A stretch of DNA of 64,000 nucleotides from the human T2T-CHM13v2.0 reference genome, Homo sapiens, in NCBI RefSeq assembly GCF_009914755.1, contig NC_060943.1. One strand, written 5' to 3'. The position numbers and the translations under genes were made by a program. The notes below the pieces were generated by a model. The model worked only from the letters and a program-made list of their open reading frames with translations, made no database searches and was not told the origin of the DNA. Below, one piece after another: positions 53,700 to 64,000 of the stretch; the stretch's first letter is position 1; each line of letters starts with the position of its first letter.

Positions 53700-54560
53700 C
53701 ACCCCCCAAGACACCCCGCGTGCCCTCCCTGTCCAGGAGGGGCCCGTCCACGATCCAAGACCCCCAAAGTGCCCTGCCTGTCCGGGAGGGGCCTCGCCCA
53801 CAATCCAAGACCCCCGAGTACCCTCCCTGTCCAGACCTCGCCCACGATCCAAGACCCCCTGAGTGCCCTCCCTGTCCAGACCTCACCCACGATCCAAGAC
53901 CCCCTGTATGCCCTCCCTGTCCAGACCTCGCCCACGATCCAAGACCCCCTGAGTGCCCTCCCTGTCCAGACCTCGCCCACAATCCAAGACCCCCGAGTAC
54001 CCTCCCTGTCAAGGCCTCGCCCACGATCCAAGACCCCCGAGTGCCCGCCCTGTCCAGACCTCGCCCACGATCCAAGACCCCCGAGTGCCCTCCCTGTCCA
54101 GACCTCGCCCACGATCCAAGACCCCCGAGTGCCCTCCCTGTCCAGACCTCGCCCATGATCCAAGACCCCCGAGTGCCCTCCCTGTCCAGACCTCGCCCAC
54201 GATCCAAGACCCCCGAGTGCCCTCCCTGTCCAGACCTCGCCCATGATCCAAGACCCCCGAGTGCCCGCCCTGTCCAGACCTCGCCCACGATCCAAGACCC
54301 CCGAGTGCCCGCCCTGTCCAGACCTCGCCCACGATCCAAGACCCCCGAGTGCCCTCCCTGTCCAGACCTCGCCCACGATCCAAGACCCCCGAGTGCCCTC
54401 CCTGTCCAGACCTCGCCCATGATCCAAGACCCCCGAGTGCCCTCCCTGTCCAGACCTCGCCCACGATCCAAGACCCCCTGAGTGCCCTCCCTGTCCAGAC
54501 CTCGCCCACGATCCAAGACCCCCTGAGTGCCCTCCCTGTCCAGGCTTCCACCACGATCGC
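53700..54560. repeat. 44/45-bp minisatellite (~19 units), CDC34 intron 1
   Basis: GAGTGCCCTCCCTGTCCAGACCTCGCCCACGATCCAAGACCCCC. Confidence 0.95.
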
Positions 54561-55458
54561 TCTGGGGGTGCTGCTCTCGTGCCTTGGAGTGCTGAGTGCC
54601 ACCAGGACCCCTGACCCAGACAACCTCTGTGTCTGGCACTGGGGCCCAGCAGGAAAACAGTGAGGCTTCCTTGTTTACCTGCTGTGGCCCAGGAGGGCCG
54701 TGGGTGGCATCACGCCCCAGGCTGCAGGCCAGACAGCTCTGTCACCTGGCACGTGGCTTCAGGCCTCCCTCTGTGGCCGTCCTTGCCAGCAGATCTGGAC
54801 CTCCAGGGCCTGGGTGACCACAGGGGGCGATGCTGACAGGGAAGGAGTCCTGCCAGGTTTCTGTGACCTATGGGTCTGCCTGCCTGACCCCCCAAGACCG
54901 GACACCTGAGGGCAGACGGCCATACTGACTCATCCCCTCCCACGGCCTGGGCCAGGGCAGGTGTCACAAGTGTTTGCTAACTGAGCAATCATCTGTGCTA
55001 ACCCTCCCCACACCCTGGCTGCCAAGGCCCTGGAGGTGCAGCCCTGGTCCTGGGCTTCAGCTCCATCCAAGGGGAGCCTGGAGCCCCTGCCAGTCCATTC
55101 TGTCTGCTGGTGGGTGCCCCTGGCCTGGGTCCCATATGCCTGACCTGGGCTGCCACAGGCCTGGAGCCACGCGGGCAGCCAGTGCCCACGTTCCCCAGCA
55201 GTTGTGCTGGGCCGGGTCCCGGCCACCTGGACTGTGTAGGAGGTGGGATCAGCTCAGGTGACTCAGAAAAGGCTTCAGGCAGCCTTCTGGGGACTTGACC
55301 CCAGGCCTGTGAGAGTCCCTGCCTTGGGCAGGATACGGTGTCCCTCACACACACCCTCAGGCACCAGCACTGGGAGTGGGATGGCCTTGGGCACCTTGTG
55401 AGCTGGGGCAGGTCTTGGGGCTGGGCTGGACTGAGCCACCTGCCTTCTGCCCCTGCAG

Positions 55459-55545
55459 GCGCGCCTCAAGTTCCCCATCGACTACCCATACTCTCCACCA
55501 GCCTTTCGGTTCCTGACCAAGATGTGGCACCCTAACATCTACGAG
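55459..55545 (+). CDS. CDC34: CDC34 exon 2
   Basis: ARLKFPIDYPYSPPAFRFLTKMWHPNIYE (HPN motif); AG/GT flanks; 87 nt. Confidence 0.98.
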
Positions 55546-55571
55546 GTGAGCGCGGCCCCCACGGGCCTCAA

Positions 55572-55780
55572 GTCCTCATCCTCCGGGACCCAGGGTGCTG
55601 GGAGCCTCACGTCCTCATCCTTCCGGGACCCGGGGCGCTGGGAGCCTCACGTCCTCGTCCTCCGGGACCCGGGGCGCTGGGAGCCTCACGTCCTCGTCCT
55701 TCCGGGACCCGGGGCGCTGGGAGCCTCACGTCCTCGTCCTCCACGTCCTCATCCTCCGGGACCTGGGGCACTGGGAGCCC
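55572..55780. repeat. ~39-40-bp tandem repeat (~5 units), CDC34 intron 2
   Basis: GTCCTCATCCTCCGGGACCCGGGGCGCTGGGAGCCTCAC. Confidence 0.85.
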
Positions 55781-55824
55781 GTGCTGACCTCTGACCTGTT
55801 CTGACCTGTCTTCTTCTTGTGCAG

Positions 55825-55922
55825 ACGGGGGACGTGTGTATCTCCATCCTCCACCCGCCGGTGGACGACCCCCAGAGCGGGGAGCTGCCCTCAGAGAGGT
55901 GGAACCCCACGCAGAACGTCAG
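55825..55922 (+). CDS. CDC34: CDC34 exon 3 (catalytic Cys93, acidic loop)
   Basis: [32 protein letters not shown](R); Cys TGT at 55837-55839; donor AG|GTAAGC. Confidence 0.98.
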
Positions 55923-56594
55923 GTAAGCCGGCCCAACCCCCTGTGTCCACCCAGAACATCAGGTAGGCCGGGCTCCGTCCCGTATCCACCCAGACCATCA
56001 GGTAGGCCGGGCTCCCCCGCAGGCTGTGGCGCCAAGGCCTGATTCGGGACCTGCCAGCTGGCGGTCCTGGGCCTCGCTGTACCTGCACGGTAGGTGCTTT
56101 CACGGGGCCTGCGGCACTGTGTGTCGGTGCAGACTCCCACCAGGACCCCAGGCCGGCCCCACCGTCTGGAACCACCTAGAGGTGTCCCGCCCTCCTCAGT
56201 CCTGGGGCCTTCTCCTTACCCAGCCGTCTCTGGGTTGGTCACCTCGTGCCACGTGTGCCGCCTGGGCCTCGTCCCCAGGTACAAGCACTGGGCCGTGTTG
56301 CCCGTGTGTCCTGGAGTGTAGTCCAGGCAGGACGTGCGGGTGTGAGGGCAGCCCCGGGTCTGACGGAGGGGTCTGCACCTTGCTGCCCTCCCTGGTCTTG
56401 GCGTGGGAGGGAGGAGACTGATGCAGGTCCAGCCCCTGCTGTTCTGGGGGCCTGAGACAGAAGCAGAGGCCATGAGGCCAGATGAAGGTCACCTGCTGGG
56501 TGGGTCCAGGCGTCCCCGTGACCCTCAGGGCCAGAGAAGAGCCGGAAGGCTGGGGTGCCCCGGGCCGCCCCACTCCGACCCACTCTCCCCACAG

Positions 56595-57547
<953 letters not shown>

Positions 57548-57589
57548 TAGTGTTTTCATAGATTCTTCCAGGCTTTTCAGTTTAACGCA

Positions 57590-57785
57590 TGTCTGTGCTT
57601 TAATGAAGAAATGGGGTCGTGCTGTGTGTGCCCAGTGACTGACTGTTAGGGAACATGTGTCTGTGCCTTAATGAAGAAATGGGGTCGTGCTGTGTGTGCC
57701 CAGTGACTGACTGTTAGGGAACATGTGTCTGTGCTTTAATGAAGAAATGGGGACGTGCTGTGTGTGCCCAGTGACTGACTGTTAG
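57590..57785. repeat. 68-bp triplication, CDC34 intron 4
   Basis: TAATGAAGAA at 57601, 57669 and 57737. Confidence 0.9.
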
Positions 57786-59530
57786 TCAGGGGTGTTGGCC
57801 TTACTCATGTCTGGAGTGCGTCCCTGCAGGCTCTTGGCCTGGTGAGCTCTGGGTACAGCTGTGCAGTCGCCTACCGGCGCCTTCTGTACCTGCAGTCCAC
57901 TTAGCTTGCGTGGCTGTGTGTGGTGACCCACGGCTCTCCCTCTCCTCCCATCGCCCTCATGCCCCAGAGCTGAGCCCCACAGCCCCTTCTCTTGGGTGCC
58001 TGTGTTCACATGAATGTGTAAACACGTGCGTGTCTGTGTACAAAGACAAGGCTTTCTTTACGGGTTGACGGCCTTAATGGTTCCTGCTCTTCCTGTTACA
58101 TAGAGGCCCTTCCTATCCATTTTTTTTTTTCTCAGAGTGATATTGCATAGATTTCCTCACAGAGGCCTCACCTATTTTTGTGGGTATTTTGTATAAACAG
58201 AATCTTAAAAACAACTTTTAAAATATTGCACACATAATGCATGTGTCTTCCTCGCCCCAGGACCCAGGAGCATCCAGGGCACCTTCCATCCTGCACTCGC
58301 TGGTACCTGGTGTCGTGGGGTCATCTCGGGGCAGCATCCTGGTGCTGGGCGGTCTCGGCTCTGAGCAGCCATGGTGGGCGGGCCCCGTGCGGCCTCCTGG
58401 GAAGTGGCCTGCAAGCACCTGCTGGCCTCTGGAGGTCACAGGGTAGCTGCCCTGGCCGTCCCTCTGGTGCAGATGTCCTCGGTGGCCCCGGTCCGGTCGT
58501 GTCACCTGGCCCAGGTGGCTGGCTCCTTGGCCCGGTTCTTCCCGGCCACCTCCCTGAGGCACCACCTCCTTGAGATCCCAGCACAGAAATAAAAGCCACA
58601 CTATTTTTATCCCTCAAAACTCCCTGTGGGCCAACACACATGTGCCATGTGGACTCTGCTGTGGTCGCCGTTTCTGCCTGTTTTTTCATCTGTGTGCGTG
58701 TTGGCCTCGTGGCAGCCCAAGTCCCGCTGAGCTGTGTCGGGCAGGCTGCCGTGGAGCCCGGCTTGGTCAGGGATGTTGGTCTTGCTGAACAGGACCTCCA
58801 GACCGTCCTCCAGCTCATGCTGGCGGTGTGCCGGCGGCACCTCCACGGCGCAGGTCAGTTCCCACCCTGGCCCTCCCCTGCGTCTCCCCACAGCCGCCAC
58901 CTCTGCGGTGCCGTCCCCGGGGCACCGTCACCCCCCCAGCCCGTCCACCCTGGCCCTCCCCTGCGTCTCCCCACTGCTGCCACCCGTGCAGTGCCGTCCC
59001 CGGGGCACTGTCAGTCACCCCCCCAGCCCATCGGAGAGCTTGGAAAGCAAAGCTTGGCGTCCGCTGGGTCCCGCCACCCAGGGACGTCCCTGAGGCCAGA
59101 CGCCTGCCCTCCACGCGTCATGCATCCCCATAAAAAGCACTGGGCTTGTGGGCTGGGCTTGGGGCTGTCTGTCTGCTCCCTGGTGCCCTCCCATGCGGGC
59201 ACTGTGGGACCCGCACACCCTGGTAGCAGCCAGCCCCAGAGCCCAGAGCCGTGCCTGGTCGGTGATAGGGGCTCGAGCCCATTGCCTGCGGCTGCAGCCT
59301 CGTTCCTGTTTTCTGTCAAATGGGGTCAGCGTGCCGCCTGGCCCTGCTGTGCCACCCCCGGAAGCCCCTTTGCTTCCAGTCCTGGGGGGACATTCTTGAC
59401 GCGTGTCCTGGAGGTGGAGCCGGGGGCAGGTTCCTCGTAGGTCCTGGTGTGCGCGGTGCAGCCCCTCATAGGGCCGGGTGTACACAGTGCCCTCCAGGAA
59501 GTTTGAGCTAACTTGTCCTCCCTTCCTGCC

Positions 59531-60622
59531 AGAGGCTGGGATGGCCAGGCCCCCCAGGTTTAGAATCCGGAGGCCGGGGTGGCCAGGCCCCCAGGTTTAG
59601 AATCCGGAGGCCGGGGTGGCCAGGCCCCCAGGTTTAGAATCCAGAGGCCGGGGTGGCCAGGTCCCCCAGGTTTAGAATCCGGAGGCCGGGGTGGCCAGGC
59701 CCCCACGTTTAGAATCCGGAGGCCGGGGTGGCCAGGCCCCCCACGTTTAGAATCCGGAGGCCGGGGTGGCCAGGCCCCCCAGGTTTAGAATCCGGAGGCC
59801 GGGGTGGCCAGGCCCCCCAGGTTTAGAATCCGGAGGCCGGGGTGGCCAGGCCCCCCAGGTTTAGAATCCGGAGGCCGGGGTGGCCAGGTCCCCCAGGTTT
59901 AGAATCCGGAGGCCGGGGTGGCCAGGTCCCCCAGGTTTAGAATCCAGAGGCCGGGATGGCCAGGCCCCCCACGTTTAGAATCCGGAGGCCGGGGTGGCCA
60001 GGCCCCCCAGGTTTAGAATCCGGAGGCCGGGGTGGCCAGGCCCCCAGGTTTAGAATCCGGAGGCCGGGGTGGCCAGGCCCCCAGGTTTAGAATCCAGAGG
60101 CCGGGGTGGCCAGGTCCCCCAGGTTTAGAATCCGGAGGCCGGGGTGGCCAGGCCCCCACGTTTAGAATCCGGAGGCCGGGGTGGCCAGGCCCCCCACGTT
60201 TAGAATCCGGAGGCCGGGGTGGCCAGGCCCCCCAGGTTTAGAATCCGGAGGCCGGGGTGGCCAGGCCCCCCAGGTTTAGAATCCGGAGGCCGGGGTGGCC
60301 AGGCCCCCCAGGTTTAGAATCCGGAGGCCGGGGTGGCCAGGCCCCCCAGGTTTAGAATCCGGAGGCCGGGGTGGCCAGGCCCCCGGGTTTAGAATCCAGA
60401 GGCCGGGGTGGCCAGGCCCCCCACGTTTAGAATCCAGAGGCCGGGGTGGCCAGGTCCCCCAGGTTTAGAATCCAGAGGCCGGGGTGGCCAGGCCCCCCAC
60501 GTTTAGAATCCAGAGGCCGGGGTGGCCAGGCCCCCCACGTTTAGAATCCAGAGGCTGGGATGGCCAGGCCCCCCACGTTTAGAATCCGGAGGCCGGGGTG
60601 GCCAGGCCCCCGGGTTTAGAAT
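59531..60622. repeat. 37/38-bp minisatellite (~29 units), CDC34 intron 4
   Basis: GGTTTAGAATCCGGAGGCCGGGGTGGCCAGGCCCCCCA. Confidence 0.95.
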
Positions 60623-61109
60623 CCTGCTGAGGCCACGGAGAGGCTCAGGCCGTTTTTGCGTTTCCCATCTCACCTGTGCTGGTTCCCGTCTCCAGGGATG
60701 GTCCTGCCTCCTGTCCTTGGGCCCTCCCAGCTGCTTCCTTTGCTCCTGCGCTGAGGAAGGCTTTTGCCCCCCAGTGGGGCAGCATGGGCCCTCCCTGTTG
60801 CCGGCATCGTTATTTTCTCCCAGCTCCTGATGGGTCCCTTGGGTTGTGCTTCGGGGCGGGGCAGGCGGGTGTGACTGCACTGCGCCCGTCCAGCCTCCCA
60901 CCCGCACCTCCTGCCCTTCCCGAGCCCCCTCCTCTGTCATTTCTCCCCCTGGAGTTCCTCACGCACAGGGCTTTGTCCTAAGTGGTCGCCACACGCCGTT
61001 TTAAGAGAAACCCGAGCGTTGGGGTGAGCGTCGGACCTGGGGGAGGGGGGCCGGGCAGGGGCCGAGTCCAGGCACGTGGGTGGCGCCCTCACCCACCCTG
61101 TCCCCCCAG

Positions 61110-61323
61110 GAAGCAGGTCCTGGGGACCAAGGTGGACGCGGAGCGTGACGGCGTGAAGGTGCCCACCACGCTGGCCGAGTACTGCGTGAAGACCAAGGCG
61201 CCGGCGCCCGACGAGGGCTCAGACCTCTTCTACGACGACTACTACGAGGACGGCGAGGTGGAGGAGGAGGCCGACAGCTGCTTCGGGGACGATGAGGATG
61301 ACTCTGGCACGGAGGAGTCCTGA
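61110..61323 (+). CDS. CDC34: CDC34 exon 5 (acidic tail)
   Basis: KQVLGTKVDAERDG...DDEDDSGTEES*; exons total 711 nt = 236 aa. Confidence 0.98.
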
Positions 61324-61332
61324 CACCACCAG

Positions 61333-61338
61333 AATAAA
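61333..61338 (+). terminator. CDC34 proximal poly(A) signal
   Basis: AATAAA 9 nt after TGA; U/GU-rich tract at about 61403-61450. Confidence 0.6.
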
Positions 61339-61349
61339 CTTGCCGAGTT

Positions 61350-61398
61350 TACCTCACTAGGGCCGGACCCGTGGCTCCTTAGACGACAGACTACCTCA
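61350..61398 (+). promoter_or_regulatory. Two let-7 seed-match sites in the CDC34 3'UTR
   Basis: TACCTCA 61350-61356 (7mer-A1) and CTACCTCA 61391-61398 (8mer). Confidence 0.8.
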
Positions 61399-61838
61399 CG
61401 GAGGTTTTGTGCTGGTCCCCGTCTCCTCTGGTTGTTTCGTTTTGGCTTTTTCTCCCTCCCCATGTCTGTTCTGGGTTTTCACGTGCTTCAGAGAAGAGGG
61501 GCTGCCCCACCGCCACTCACGTCACTCGGGGCTCGGTGGACGGGCCCAGGGTGGGAGCGGCCGGCCCACCTGTCCCCTCGGGAGGGGAGCTGAGCCCGAC
61601 TTCTACCGGGGTCCCCCAGCTTCCGGACTGGCCGCACCCCGGAGGAGCCACGGGGGCGCTGCTGGGAACGTGGGCGGGGGGCCGTTTCCTGACACTACCA
61701 GCCTGGGAGGCCCAGGTGTAGCGGTCCGAGGGGCCCGGTCCTGCCTGTCAGCTCCAGGTCCTGGAGCCACGTCCAGCACAGAGTGGACGGATTCACCGTG
61801 GCCGACTCTTTTCCCTGCTTTGGTTTGTTTGAAATCTA

Positions 61839-61844
61839 AATAAA
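61839..61844 (+). terminator. CDC34 distal poly(A) signal
   Basis: AATAAA preceded by U-rich sequence, about 515 nt after the stop. Confidence 0.85.
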
Positions 61845-62639
61845 ACTACTTTATGAGAGGCCAGAGAAGCTGTGCTTGGGAGGGAGAGGCAGCCTCCACG
61901 TCCATGAGTGACTGCACACGGCCAGTCCCACTGGGACCCTGGCTACGCCAGGTGTGGATCTGGGAGGCCTGTCCTGGGAGGCACGGGGAGCAGCCGGGTC
62001 CCGCGGCCTGTACGTTCCCATGACTTGGGTCAGACAGGCCTGGGCAGCATCCCCCAGCCTGCGGGACAGGGGCGGCCAGAAAGCCCCCAGAGTTCCTCCT
62101 CCCTGTGACCAGGTGCATCTAGTGGGACGGGAGCTGCCTCTGCAGGCATCCAGCAAAGCTTCGTCACGGGTCCACAGCCGCCTGGGCGTTGATCTCAGCG
62201 TCTCAGGGCTCCCAGGACCACAGATGCCCCCGATCAGCACTCCTGCGGCTCCAGCTCCGTCCAGGCACACCCTCGGGGTGGGGAGCCGTGGCCCTGGGCA
62301 CACAGGGCAGGCACCTCACGTCCTGGTGTCAGGAAGTCCCCAGCATCGTTTTATTACATGTCATGGAGGAAAGCTCGGAGCTCCCATGCCCTCCCGGGGC
62401 ACCGCCTTCCAGGAACCTGCCTGCGTTCCGCTTCTGGGCACCCGCAAAGTCGCTCAGTGGCTGATTCAGGGTCGAGGAGCTGTGAGGATGAGGTTTCCCA
62501 CCAAGTTGGGACAGAAAATGGGGCCCTGGGGTCTCAGCAAACCATGGCCCTCGGGACCAAACCTGGCGTCCGCCCCTATTGTGAGTGAAGTGTTACTGGC
62601 ACAGCCACACCCAGGTCTCAGGATCATCCATAGCTGCTT

Positions 62640-63637
<998 letters not shown>

Positions 63638-64000
63638 TTACTTTGTCAGGTGTGATGATGGTAGTGTGGCTTCATCTCGAGTCCTCTTTGAGAAACACTT
63701 TCTAAAATGCTCAAGGATGGAGGGTGGAGGGTGTGCAGCGGTGGGCGGGGCTGTGACCGTCACCTCACCTCCCCCACAGGAAGCGCGTGTGGGGAGGCTC
63801 GGGGCCGGGGCCAGCACCCACACTGGGTCTCCACAGCGGCATGGAGGCCTGCGTGTCTTCACTGCTGGTGCTGGCCCTGGGGGCCCTGTCAGTAGGTGAG
63901 TGGGAGCCAGGATGCAGGGGGGACACTGAGGCCCAGCGCTCTCGGTGGGTCCCTGGATGGGAGGGGTGGGCGCGGGCGCCGACATCCTGGGTGTAAGAGC

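Overview
Human-like, very GC- and Alu-rich genomic DNA matching the 19p13.3 MADCAM1-TPGS1-CDC34 interval. Three complete spliced protein-coding genes lie on the + strand. MADCAM1 has 5 exons (CDS 15002-23537, 1221 nt) and encodes a long 406-aa allele with 8 mucin repeats. TPGS1 has 2 exons (26079-37995, 290 aa). CDC34 has 5 exons (51333-61323, 236 aa). The rest is Alus, solo ERV LTRs (some with intact target-site duplications), old MER20/MLT1/L2/MIR fragments, CpG islands and about ten minisatellites. The most striking item not explained by these genes is a decayed minus-strand gene of about nine exons at 10939-14708, head-to-head with MADCAM1. Its hand-spliced translation resembles LURP-one-related (LOR/Tub_2, tubby/scramblase-like beta-barrel) proteins, making it a candidate unitary pseudogene. 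Repeat subfamily names and protein-family resemblances come from memory of consensus sequences, not from a search.
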